Assembly (NCBI GenBank): GCA_964016885.1 | Contig: OZ024740.1 | Span: 408,394,001 to 408,458,000, forward strand | Origin: Eledone cirrhosa | Taxonomy: Eukaryota | DNA: 64,000 nt | Reading direction: 5' to 3' | In this document: positions 50,110 through 64,000 of the stretch, one piece after another | How the letters are laid out: every line of letters begins with the position of its first letter | Position numbering within the stretch: the stretch's first letter is position 1 | The notes under the pieces: model-generated | The model's input: only the letters and a program-made list of their open reading frames with translations | What the model was told of the DNA's origin: nothing | The model's database searches: none | Translations under genes and position numbers: made by a program

Positions 50110-51718
50110 GTCAGTAAATTTGAACTTCTTTTACCACTTTTCATATTGAAATTTTCTCAATATAAGCCTGGTATAACATACAAACATATCCAACACATAC
50201 CAAATTAGTGTTAACTGTTAACTGAAACCACATTACCAAAACATTCTTGAAAAGTACAAAACAACACTATGACTGCATCACATTAAAAATTGAACTCTTT
50301 ACCCTTATACTGTAAATGATCTGTCTACACTAGTAAAGATACTATAAACGTTTGAATTCCATTCTGTTCCGAGAGATACCCCCATAACTTCATTGAAGCT
50401 TATTTCATTGGCTAGCTTGGTGAACTCAGATTTAGAATTTCTGCATACTTCAACTATGAATTCCAATAATATATTCTGGTTGGTTTAGCAAACAATAATT
50501 TCTTTGTGTATATTGTATTTTCTGCTCAACATATATGTCTGATATACTTGAGGTGTTGTATATGGGTGAAGTTGCATAAGAGGGAAGTCTTGACAATATT
50601 TTGTATTTCTAAGTTAATGTATACAAAATTGTATTCTCCTTCATCATGTTGGACTCTGCTCGAACTCTTAGAATGTTCAGGAGTTCAAATTATTGTCTAG
50701 AATAGGTAACTATTCTCTTTGGTTAAAATTGATTTACGAAAAATGTAATCTTCATCCCCTAGGATGCACAATAAATATACAAGTCTTATTTTAGGGGAAA
50801 GTAGCATCATTGATGCCAGCAAATACATATGTGTTACTGGATATTTTCATTTGATCTCTAATTTTTCCTGCTTTTAAAACAGTTTGGATTTACTAAATTG
50901 GATTGACACACTTGCTAGCATGTTAAATGATGGTGATGATACTGGCACAGAGATACTATGTCAGATTTTCTATTCAAGATTTCTGCTCTTGTTTGTTAAT
51001 GACTTAGTCAAAGTAAGTGGGAGGCAGTACCCAGGGCCATTTTCAGAGCCTCTAACATTGATAAGAGAAAAAGGGGAAGCCATCTTCAGAGCAAAGAAAT
51101 TACTCAAATGCTAGCAAATATGTGAACTTTCTTAAAAATCACTCAAGAGTTAGGTGGTGTTAAACTCATGGATTAAGTCTTTCGCCTTAGAAGGAAAATG
51201 GTTTCTCAAATGGGCTTCCACATGGCTTCCATCTACTAAATTTTACTCACAGGTACAAGCCAAAGCTGAAGCATATAGACAGTATGGCCTCAAACCCCTC
51301 CCACTATAAAGTGGTCATGAAGGTGTCATGACAAAAAAGCACCCAGTCCACTCTGTAAACTGGTCATGTAGGCACCATGGTAAAAAGCACCCAGTACTCA
51401 CTGTAAATGAGGTTGGTGTTAGGAAGGGCATCCAGCTGTAGAAATCAAGCCAAATCTGTATGAGCAAGACATGGTCACCTGACCTGGAATTGACCACAAC
51501 ATGACAACTCGTCTAACCTATGCTAGAATGAAAGAATGGATGTAAAACGGTGATGATGATGATGATGATGATTAAGGCTTTGTTTGAGCTGAGACTATGG
51601 TAGAAGACACTTGCTCAAGGGGCCATGTAGTGGGATCACACTTAAAATTACATAATTGCAAAGTGAACTTCTTAATCATATAGTGATGACTACATCCCTA
51701 TCAAAAAAATTATAATAA

Positions 51719-51903
51719 TTGTTTTTACTTTTGGCACAAGGCCAGCAATTACCCAGTGTATTACTGGTACTTTATTTTATCGACCCCGTAAGGATGAAAG
51801 GCAAAGTTAACCTCGGCGGGATTTGAACTCAGAATGGCAACGGCCGTAACTCTATGCATCAAAGCTTGGTGCCCAACCCTCTACCGATACTGCCAATCCA
51901 CCA
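51719..51903 (-). mobile_element. SINE family 1 copy
   Basis: Full-length reverse-complement copy. Confidence 0.8.
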
Positions 51904-52946
51904 CCCCTGAAAAAGCATAATAATAAGAGCTTGTTTAGTTTCTTTCAGCAAATCAGTCTTGTTTTTGTTTAATCAAAAAGTGCTTAATTCCAATTAATTT
52001 ATATTTAAAAAAGATTATCTTCAAAATAATGAAATGTTATATATTTTTAAAATAAATTGACAAATTCATATTATAATATATTACCCTCCAACTAAACATT
52101 ACATTAATTTGTTATAACTGTCATTAGCAAACATTGATAAGATTGACAAGATGTTAGATGTTGCCGCTAATGTAATTTTAATTATAGCTTTTTAATGAAA
52201 CTATGATATTATAGACTTTAATATCTTTTCATCTTGATATTTATAACCAAAACTTTGTAAAGACTGAAAAATATTGGCAAAACATCCTTTATTCTTGATA
52301 GAGTGTATTTGTTATGTAAAGAAATCTGAAATTTCGTTTTCAAATTTCATTGTTGAGTTTTACTCTTGGAAATTTTGGCTTTTCCCTATAGCTTACTGAA
52401 GTCTTTTCCACGTAAAATCTAGTTAAACTAATTTAATGCCATTAATATTTTCCTATCAGTAAATATAGTAAGAAGAGAATGATGAAGCATTCACTGATTT
52501 AAATTCTTAAAATGAATAAGATTATATTTTTTACAGACCACAAATTTTACATTGACTTTTAGGGATTGTAACATATGAGTAATAATACATTTAGTTGAAT
52601 ATTTATTGACATCTGATGTTATGTATCCATGTGATTGAGTTATGAATCCCATTATTAGAACTCTACTCCTTTTTTAGAGCTATACACAGAGAAGTTAAAC
52701 TCAATACTGCAAGCTAATGAATGACCTGGATTTGCTGATGTAAAAGTTGTTTTTTGTTTAAAACTCAAGTTACGAGAGCCAATGATCAGTATCTGGACTG
52801 CCATAATTTTAAGTTCTCTCTTGAACTCTCTTCAAGCCTTAGAACATAGCTGGGACACCTGTAATTATAGTTCTGCTTGATCAATAATGACTTGCACTAA
52901 ACAACAATGACAACAACAATCAACATTTATTTCTTCTTCATAAATG

Positions 52947-54682
52947 TCATCATCATCATCATCATCACTGTTTTACGTCCGTTCTTCCACGCTAGCATGG
53001 GTTAGACGGGTTGTCCTGTTGTGGGCAGTATCTGGTCGACTGACCATGCCTTGCTCATACAGGAACTGATTTGGCTTGATTTCTACAGCTGGATGCCCTT
53101 CCTAACACCAACCTCATTTACAGTGAGTGCTGGGTCCTTTTTCCGTGGCGCCTACACGTCCACTTTACAGTGTGGGCTGGGTGTTTTTTGCCGTGGCACC
53201 TCCACGACCACCTTGCAGTGGGAGGGTGTGGGGGCATATTGTCTATATGCTTCAGCTTGTACCCATGGGAGGTTGAGTACTCTGTATTACTGTGTGACGC
53301 CAGAGGTCACGGTCGTGTGTCATCGCCTTTGAGAGGTGTAATTAGGTAAGGTTGGCTTTTATCACCTCATCCCAGGTTATCTTGGGTCTCCCCACGCCGT
53401 GGTTTCCATTGACTTCTAGTGCTCTGCACCTTTTTATGCAGCTGTCATCCTTCATACGCATCACATGTCCATACCAACGCAACCGCCTCTCCTGCACACA
53501 GCATTTGATTCCTCTTATGCTCAGTCTCTCTCTCAATTCATTTATGCTTTGTCGTTCGCGTATATTACTATTACACATCCATCGGAGCATGCAGGCTTTG
53601 TTTCTCTCTAATCTATGTAAGTCTTCCACCTTCAGCGCCCAGGTCTCACTACCATGTAACATTGCTGTTCGGATACACGCATCATACAGTCTGCCTTTGA
53701 TTTTGAGGTAAAAGCCTTTTGCAGCTAGCAGTGGCAGTAGTTCCCTGAACTTCTTCCATCCCGTTCTTACCCTAGTTATTGTACTTTCTGAACACCCACC
53801 TCTGCTGCTAATTCGGTCACCTAGGTAGCAGAAGCTGTCTACTGTCTCTACAGATCCCTCCCAGAGATTGGTGGTACTTGTTTCCTGTGGCTGTTTGCTG
53901 CTTGCTGTCCCAGTACAGCTGCTGCATGTGAAGCCTACATTCTTAATTAAGCTTCCTGACATCCCGCTACATCTCTTGTGTACCCATTGTTTGCATTTGG
54001 GGCAGAGAATGGAGTTCCTACCTACACCTTTCCTACATACTGAGCAAGGCCATTTCCCTGAGGGGATCTGGGTTCTGTTTTTCTCGTCTACTTACAAGGA
54101 CCTTAGTTTTTGTCATGTTGACTTTGAGACCCTTTCTTTCTAGTCCTTGCTTCCAACTTTGGAATTTCTTCTCTAGTTCTATCATAGATTCAGCTATAAG
54201 TGCGAGGTGATCAGCATACAGGAGTTCCCATGGGCATCCGGTCTGAAACTCCTCCGTTATTGCCTGCAGGACTAGGATGAACAGGAGAGGGCTAAGAACA
54301 GAACCCTGGTGGACTCCAACCTGTACGCTATACTCATTGCTAATCCTAACTTTGCTGACTGCTCCCCTATACATGGCTTGTACAGCTTTCACAAGCCATT
54401 CATCTACTCCTAGTTTTCTAAGAGCCCACCAGATTACAGCACGTGGAACTCTGTCAAAGGCTTTCTCGAGATCGACGAATGCCAGGTAGAGTGGCTTACT
54501 TTTAGCTAGGTACTTTTCCTGTAACTGCTTCACAAGGAAGAGGGAATCAGTGGTGCCTCTTCCTGGTACAAACCCAAATTGCATCTCATCTAGTTTTACC
54601 CGGTCCCTAATCAACTGTGCTATAACTCTTTCTGTTACTTTCATGACCTGGTCCATCAGCTTTATACCTCTATAGTTTCCTC
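52947..54682 (-). mobile_element. RTE-clade LINE, 5'-truncated (RT plus Cys-rich finger)
   Basis: Reads QFGFVPGRGTTD, AFVDLEKAFDRVP, VGVHQGSVLSPLLF, PWELLYADHL and RRLRWYGHV, with a (CAT)n tail. Confidence 0.9.
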
Positions 54683-56019
54683 ATTGATGTTATTATTAAA
54701 CCAATGGCTTTAAAGTGGCAAAACACTAAAAGGCATGACTAAATTATCCTTATAGCATGAGTTTGAATCTCACACACATTAATATGTACCAGTAATATAT
54801 TGAGGTCAATTTATACCCCCACTTGATCTTCTTCCCCAAAAGACATTTTGTAGTCATGCATCAATGGAAGAAATTATTATTATTGGTCTAAGTTCAATTC
54901 CACTAAGGTTAATATAAGAAACTCCCAGTTATGTAATGGGATTGATTTAATCCATTATAATCCCTCCCCCTCTGCTTCTAACTGTGTGAGCTCCCTTGTG
55001 GCAATGTTAGAAATTATTATAGGGTAAATGAGAATGAGTTGGTTGTAACAATAGAATGCTAGCTCAAACTCTTGTAGTATTTAGTTTCATCCTGCTATGT
55101 TATGAGTTCAATTCTCACTGGGTTTGCTCCTCTTTTTTTTTCACTTTTCATTCCTCTGAGATTGATAAAATAAGTACAGTGTTGTGTAATAGTCAATAAA
55201 ATCCATACATATCTTCATTACAAATTTCTGGCCTTTTGCCAATGTACAAAAAAAAAATGATTATTGTTATTGAAGTTCTCAGATAGTGATTATAATATTT
55301 GGTATCTTCCAGGCACAATGAGAGAAAGGAAAATCAATGTATTATAGTACCATGCAGCATATTGGTGAAAGGGGGGAGGGTCTCAAAGGAAACTGTTATT
55401 TTATATCATATCAAATGAGAATTGATGTTGGTTGTTTGCAACCATTATATTTGTCAAATACATGCCAGCATTGAAAGCCAACATAAAATGATGTTGATAT
55501 TTAATTATTAAATGATTGGGTGGGGAAGTGGCTGAATCATTAGAGCATTGGATTATTTATTCTGTATTGAGGTATTTATTCTGGTTCTCTACACACTGAG
55601 TTCAAGTCTTTCCTAAGTCAGTTTACCTTTCAGGACTTCAAGATACCAGTCAAAGACTAGGCTAAATTTCTACCCCTTTCCCCCTGTCTCAATCTGCTTC
55701 ACTGAGGGAACCAAGAAAGAAGTATTCACATTATGGACCCAGTAATCCTTTCACCAACACTCTGTAGACTATAAAAAAAGAATTAATTCAATCAGTTCAA
55801 TCATTTATGTATGGTTTACAGAAAGTGTTAACTTTTATTTATTTATCCTGAGTTTCATTACTGTGGTTTCTCTTTAATCTATTTCCTGCTCTCTTAGTGT
55901 TCTTTAAACTTCACAGCTCTACTGCAACACTGCTTACCTGTTTCTCTTAGTTTTTAAAATATGGGTATTTTAATGTTGAACTGTATCTTTTAATTAACTA
56001 ATATTTTCAACATAAGACG

Positions 56020-56556
56020 TGTAGGCGCTACGGAAAAAAAGCACCCAGCCCTCACTGTAAATGAGGTTGGTGTTAGGAAGGGCATCAAGCTGTAGAAATC
56101 AAGCCAGAATCAGTTCCTGTCCCACCCTTGCAAGCAGGGAAAAGCGGACATAAAATGAAATGATGAAATGATGATAAGAGCGATGACACACGGCCGTGAC
56201 CTCTGGCGTTACGCAATAATACAGAAGACCCGACTTTCCAGGTACAAGCTGAAGCATTTAGACAATATGCCCCCACATCCTCGCACTACAAAGTTATCGT
56301 GGAGGTGCCATGGCAAAAAAGCACCCAGCCCACACTGTAAAGTGATCGTGTAGGCGCCACGGAAAAAAAGCACCCAGCACTCACTGTAAATGAGGTTGGT
56401 GTTAGGAAGGGCATCCAGCTATAGAAATCAAGCCGGAATCAGTTCCCATATGAGCACGACAAGGTCAGCCGACTGGACACTGCCCACAACAGGACAACCC
56501 GTCTAACCCATGCTAGCGTGGAAGAATGGACATAAAACGGTGATGATGATGATGAT
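56020..56556 (+). mobile_element. SINE family 2 tail followed by an RTE 3' end
   Basis: Two consecutive ttggtgttaggaagggcatc modules, each ending in (ATG)n-like tails. Confidence 0.72.
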
Positions 56557-57404
56557 AAAATGATATGAGTTATTCTAAGGATCAATCTGTGACATTAAAG
56601 ATTAAATTTCATGTCCCTTTTGATTGGGGCTTATATTGTCTAAAATGGTATGTTTATTGTTCTGAAAGTAGTATTTATTCAGCTCGTTATAAACCCTAGT
56701 TTAACTTAAAGCAAAATAGCTTCATCAATTGCCTCATTCAGCTGTAGCAATAACACTTCTTCCTTCTTCCATATTTCATAATTATACTACAAGTGACCCT
56801 CTTATCTTCCTATTCAAACTTTACATTAATAAACGTGAAACTTATTAATATGGCTGTTAAATTCTAGATATTGCTATTGTTAAAGATGTCATATGTACCA
56901 TTATAGAAGTTGTAATGTTGAAGTTATTGCAAATAACCTAAGTATATACCCAAACAAAAACTTCAACATATCATTTATGTATATTTTGATTCCTGTATGT
57001 GTATACTATTAAGAATAATAGAGAGAACATGTTTTCATATCATATAACAAGTTGTTTACACATTTTCTAAATATATTGGCAATACATTCAACTCATACTA
57101 AATAAACTGGGAGCAGTTTTAAGCTATGAAGTGTTGTGATCTTGTAAACATTACACGTTTTTCATATGATCTTAATATTGTTTTATTATGTCAGTGTTCT
57201 TTGCAATCAAGTACTGAACTTTGTCATAACATATTAACATTTGCAACAGTAGTTTGAATATATATATATATTGCAATGAGTTACTCTTGCTGTTTCAAAG
57301 GCGAGTATATATCTACTTGCTGGCTAAATGGCAAGAAGTAACTCATTACAATACCTACACTAAGCTGAACAGTGATCTTAGTTGTCTAAACTGGTAACTC
57401 CCAA

Positions 57405-57436
<32 letters not shown>

Positions 57437-57440
57437 CAAT

Positions 57441-57653
57441 ATATATAAAACCATATTTATTTTATTATACATATTTCAAGGGCAACCAAGGCAAATTATG
57501 GTGTGCTTTCATCAGATAAAATACAGATTTGTTATATAGTTTCCATTTATTAATATATTGTGCATTTACTCCACTAAACTGTTGAGTGCTTTATATCAGT
57601 TATAAAAATGTTTAAGCTTGTTGAATCCCAACAAATTAAATATAACCTCTGCA
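57441..57653 (+). mobile_element. PLE-like 3' fragment related to 45941-47148, with inverted hammerhead segment
   Basis: About 57441-57527 is inverted. 57534-57653 is homologous to the tail at 47035-47148. (TA)n flanks. Confidence 0.75.
57458..57523 (-). ncRNA. Minimal type I hammerhead ribozyme, canonical core
   Basis: Minus strand TATTTTAT-CTGATGA-aagcacacca..tggttgccctt-GAAA-tatgta-TA-ATAAAATA, with a perfect 8-bp stem I. Confidence 0.78.
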
Positions 57654-57661
57654 TATATATA

Positions 57662-58020
57662 TATAAAGAATTCAAAATTTGAAAGCCACCACAGTGTAGG
57701 TTTGGACGGAGAATAATTAAATCGTAAGAAACAGGGCTTCTTTTTCTTTACCTTAATTTATTCATATGTCCTGATATTTCGAGATTAATATCTCGTTTTG
57801 CAAGGTAAATAAAGGAACTATTCCAGTGTCCGATGTGGCTTACTATACCATGCAATCTTGGAATCTTGGAATCTTAGGACATGTGAATAAATTAAGGTAA
57901 AAAAACAAACCCTGTTTCTCACTATTTAATTATTCACCATCCAAACCTACATTGTCGTGGCTTTCAAACCTCGAATTCTTTATACCATATACAATGCTTC
58001 AAGTAAACTACAAAATCCTT
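57662..58020 (+). repeat. Fold-back insertion with diverged ~110-bp arms
   Basis: 57662-57772 pairs with 57876-57984. The tail acaatgcttcaagtaaact resembles the minus-strand element starting at about 23707. (TA)n flanks. Confidence 0.7.
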
Positions 58021-58121
58021 ATATATATATATATGTAAAAGGTAAACAGAAATAACAACACAACCAGTACAGTATATGGAAGGGATATATTAGGTTAATT
58101 TTTGATATACCAGAAAGAGAG

Positions 58122-58157
58122 TCTTTACGTTTCGGATGCTAGTCCTTCATCAGAAGA
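58122..58157 (-). ncRNA. Very compact (36 nt) type I hammerhead ribozyme
   Basis: Minus strand TCTT-CTGATGA-a-GGA ctagca TCC-GAAA-CG-TA-AAGA, with palindromic ACGT stem III and a GUA triplet. Confidence 0.8.
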
Positions 58158-58310
58158 AAGAATGAGAAATAATATAGACAGGCGGGTTGGAATTGGAAAA
58201 AATGTCTTTAGATAAAAATAACAGGTCCATTCATGTTGACATCTCTTGCAAAACTGTTGGTGCTGATATATATACATATACACGCACAATCACAAATATA
58301 TATATATATA

Positions 58311-58723
58311 TATTTATTAAAATAACAGATTAAAGTTTAAGCAAAGAATCGCTCTATGAACCACCTAATAGAATATTAGTCTACGACTTCTTTTATACCA
58401 TGAACGTGGTTTTGTCTTTGTGTGTAATTGTTTTTCAACGCTCCAAATAATGACGTATTATATTTGTTTTTTCCCGTTCTTTGCCAGGGAACGTTTCCAC
58501 GAACCAAAGTATCGTCATCCTGTCTTCCTCCAGTTGCAACGTTTTTTGAAATATTCACTTCTGCGTTCACAGATTGACTCTGTTAGTTTCAGAAGATCCC
58601 GTTAAGGGTGAAAGCAGCGATTCTTTGCTTAAACTTTAATCTGTTATTTTAATAAATATTTGATATATATTTATCCTTATCGAGCCCTCTTTGGATTTTA
58701 GTCTTCAAATTTATTATTATTAC
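58311..58723 (+). mobile_element. CAGAAGA-hammerhead family, copy 3 (longest), with 5' inversion
   Basis: 58311-58352 is an inverted copy of about 58617-58659. The hammerhead-like motif is at 58585-58635. (TA)n flanks. Confidence 0.75.
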
Positions 58724-59074
58724 TATATATATATATACGTGGTTGGTGTTAGGAAGGGCATCCAGCTGTAGAAAACCCGCCAAACAGTCCTATACGAGCA
58801 AGACAACCAATCTTGCCTCAAGTGGGAAAATTCCCGTCCAAACCCATGCTAGCGTGGAAGATGGATGTTAAACGATGATGATGATAATGATATATATATA
58901 TCCAGGTGACGCGATCAATCTGAAATTTCAGTTAATGTTTCAATGTTTTAAATACTACAGTATTCTAAACACTCTCTATTAATCTCTCTCTCTCCCTCCC
59001 TCTCTCTCTCTCTCTCCATCGTTTAAAGTCTATCTTCCACGCTAGCATACATATATATATATATATATATATAT

Positions 59075-59280
59075 AACGAAGGAAATGTGGTAAGGAACCA
59101 GGTGGACCATAACGCACCAAAGTACTCAATACTTAGGGTAGTAGAGTGGGTAATAGGAACGAGTAGGACCCCGACGGCTGAGCTCAAGCTGTTTCAACGG
59201 CTAATTCTGGACTGAATTGCGTCCAGAATTAGCCGTAGAAACGGCTTGAGCTCAGCCGTCGGGGTCCTACTAGTTCCTAT
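59075..59280 (-). mobile_element. Palindromic half-hammerhead element, copy 3
   Basis: 60-bp arms (59153-59212 / 59221-59280), an 8-nt loop and a tail at 59075-59152, with (TA)n flanks. Confidence 0.8.
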
Positions 59281-59295
59281 ATATATATATATATA

Positions 59296-61836
<2,541 letters not shown>

Positions 61837-61837
<1 letters not shown>

Positions 61838-62145
61838 GGAGGCACATGGCTTAGTGGTTAGAACATTGGCCTTGCAATCGAAAGGTTGTGAGTTCAATTC
61901 TCAGGCCGGGTGATGTGTAGTTTTCTTGAGCAAGACACTTTATTTCACATTGTTCCAGCTTACTCAGCTGTAGAAATGAGATGATAGGGACTGGGGTCCC
62001 TATCATTCCACTGCAAAGTGGTCGTGGAGGTGCCATGGCAAAAAAGCACCCAGCACTCACTGTAAATGAGGTTGGTGTTAGGAATCAGTTCCCGTCCCAC
62101 CCTTGCAAGCAGGGAAAAGCGGACATAAAATGATGATGATGATGA
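61837..62145 (+). mobile_element. SINE family 2, RTE-tail variant
   Basis: tRNA-like head tggcttagtggttag..gagttcaattc, CORE-like body, RTE UTR tail and (ATG)n. Confidence 0.82.
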
Positions 62146-63215
62146 TAGAGAGAGATAGAGAGAAAGAAAGAGAGAGAGAGATTAATAGAGAGTGTTTAAA
62201 ATACTGTAGAATATATATATATATACAAGTGGAACCTTAGTAAAATCGAAGCTTTGGCTGCAGCCAAGCAAAGTCGACCTACAATTAGGAATGAGTAGCA
62301 AAGCACTCAATAAGGGTAGGTCCTTAGAGTAACATTACGTTTAGATAGCTTGACAAATTGAAAATTGCGGCAGGCAAAACCCAACCATACAATACCAAAA
62401 CGACGAAAAAACTAATCAGGTTAAACAACTGACCTGGACAAATTGAACGATATTCTGCAATACGTCCGATATGTTTCTATGAATCCTAAATCATCAATCC
62501 AACTTACGTAACACATAAGCTTGCGGTATATGTATGTACACCATGGTTTTGTTACTTGCACCCATTACACCAGTAATTTGTGGCAGTTTTTAAAACTATT
62601 AACTGGTTGTAACCTCATGAATAATAAAGGTAATAAATATTCTACTTTAAATGCTGAATAATGGGAAAATATTTGGAAAATCTTGAAGAACCATATATCA
62701 CTGCTTTAATGTGACAAACCAAAATATCATAATTCCACATTTATAAAACTAGTTTTTGTTGTTAACATTTCATTTTTAGATATTGGATTTCAGTATTTTT
62801 CTCTCATTAATTCCCCAACTGTGAAATAGGGATGAAACTTACTGATCAGCCATATAGAGTGTAGCAAAAAGAATTATATGGTTCCCAGGGGTACAACACT
62901 GTCGCTGCATTTGAACACAAGAATATGCATTCAGTAGTCTAACATATCCAGACCTGGTGTATATGTATATATTTCATGGACACTCAAAAGACTCATTAAT
63001 TAGATGGAACCATTTCATTTATTAATAAGTTGTTTTATATATGATTATTATTCAAATACTACAGATGCAAAATATAAAACCATCAACATGGCATGGGGTG
63101 GTATCATTAAATGGTGTGTGATATAATTCTATATAGGCTTATATTTCCTTCCATGTACACTTTCTAAATTTGCAAGACACTCAATTTTTTCTTTTAAAGT
63201 TGTTTATCCAGTTGA

Positions 63216-63376
63216 GAGGTGGTGAATTGGCAGAGTCATTAGAATGTCAGACAGAATGCTTTGTGGTATTCATTTCAGCTCCTTTCTCTCTCAGTTCAAA
63301 TCTTGCCGAAGTTAACTTTGCCTTTCATCCATTCAAGGTTGATAAAAAAAAAGTACCAGTCTAGTACTGGGGTCCA
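63216..63376 (+). mobile_element. Older SINE family 1 relative
   Basis: ggtggtgaattggcag..gttcaaatcttgccgaagttaactttgcctttcatccattcaaggttgataaa..agtaccagt. Confidence 0.65.
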
Positions 63377-63756
63377 TTCTTCTTTTATATCTCTTTCTCA
63401 TTTCCTTTCTTTCACTCACTATCTTTCTCTGGAAGAAATCTTCTGTATTCAGATCTGGAGAGGGGTGGGCTCTGTCAGGTTTTAAAATGCCCAAGAATGC
63501 TGTATGTCAATACAGTGCCTCTATGGCTCTAAAAGAGTTACTGGTCCATACATACATCTAGTTCAGAACAGATCCACTGTATTCCTATATGCTCTAAGAG
63601 GCAATTAAAAGAACCTCATGGTGAGTATGAAGTCTGTTATAGGGCCCCACAATGCTAACCCCTGATTTAGCAGGAAAATGATCTTAAAACACTTGTACTC
63701 AATTTTCTTTTTTATGTAAACATATTTTTTGACATTTTTTCTTTTTTTTTTTTTAG

Positions 63757-63925
63757 ATAACAACACTTGTTTTTATGGCAAGTGTTACTACTGCAAGGGG
63801 GAGGAAAGTGGGGTGTGTGCCCAAAAGACCATTCTGGAAGGTACAATTGTTCTCTGGATCTCTCATAAAATGCAACTGAACAGACATCCATGGAGCAGGA
63901 CATACATTGAAAACAAACAAGCTCA
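63757..63925 (+). CDS. FAM20B: FAM20B-like internal exon C (169 bp, phase 1 to phase 2)
   Basis: Poly-T tract then ag|AT, donor CA|gtatgt. Translates (D)NNTCFYGKCYYCKGEESGVCAQKTILEGTIVLWISHKMQLNRHPWSRTYIENKQA. NNTCFYGKCYYC and RHPWxRTY are FAM20B hallmarks, and phases are compatible with exon B. Confidence 0.94.
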
Positions 63926-63935
63926 GTATGTTTAA

Positions 63936-64000
63936 CCCTTTAGCATTCGCATTAATTTTCAAACGTCATGCTATCTGTTCGCATTATTTTCAGTTAATCA
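63936..64000. mobile_element. Left end of a TTAA MITE (family A-like TIR) immediately after the exon C donor
   Basis: gtatgt-TTAA|CCCTTTAGCATTCGCATT. The other end lies outside the window. Confidence 0.65.

Noticed and set aside
61837-61910. tRNA-like sequence (also at 17660, 26945 and about 33800)
   Set aside because: There is no closed cloverleaf, and it continues into a SINE body, with TSDs in other copies. It is a SINE head, not a tRNA gene.
62440-62505. Minus-strand TTGATGA..GAAACATATC hammerhead-like string
   Set aside because: Stem I and stem II do not pair convincingly. At best it is a decayed relic.

Overview
AT-rich, microsatellite-dense eukaryotic DNA whose repeat complement looks like a coleoid cephalopod (Octopus-like; inferred, not verified). 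The only host gene I can support is a + strand FAM20B-like (glycosaminoglycan xylosylkinase) gene. Three internal coding exons (26155-26241, 50000-50109, 63757-63925) splice in frame across introns of about 23.8 kb and 13.6 kb, and the gene runs off both ends of the window. Everything else is intronic repeat. There are two Penelope-like retroelements (PLEs): a decayed Naiad-type copy at 1-3072 and a 5'-truncated Neptune-type copy with an open 702-aa RT+GIY-YIG frame at 40049-42157. There are also many RTE-clade LINE pieces with (CAT)n tails, CR1 and R4/Dong remnants, two tRNA-SINE families, TTAA- and TA-flanked MITEs and a non-autonomous Helitron. The most interesting layer does not show in the ORF track. 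At least nine type-I hammerhead ribozyme folds sit in small, (TA)n-targeted, often fold-back insertions, and six of them are sense to the FAM20B transcript. They include a three-copy family with a non-canonical CAGAAGA core. Three further palindromes carry only the GAAAC/GUC half of a hammerhead on both strands. All folds and alignments were done by eye, and most short ORFs in the track are microsatellite artefacts.
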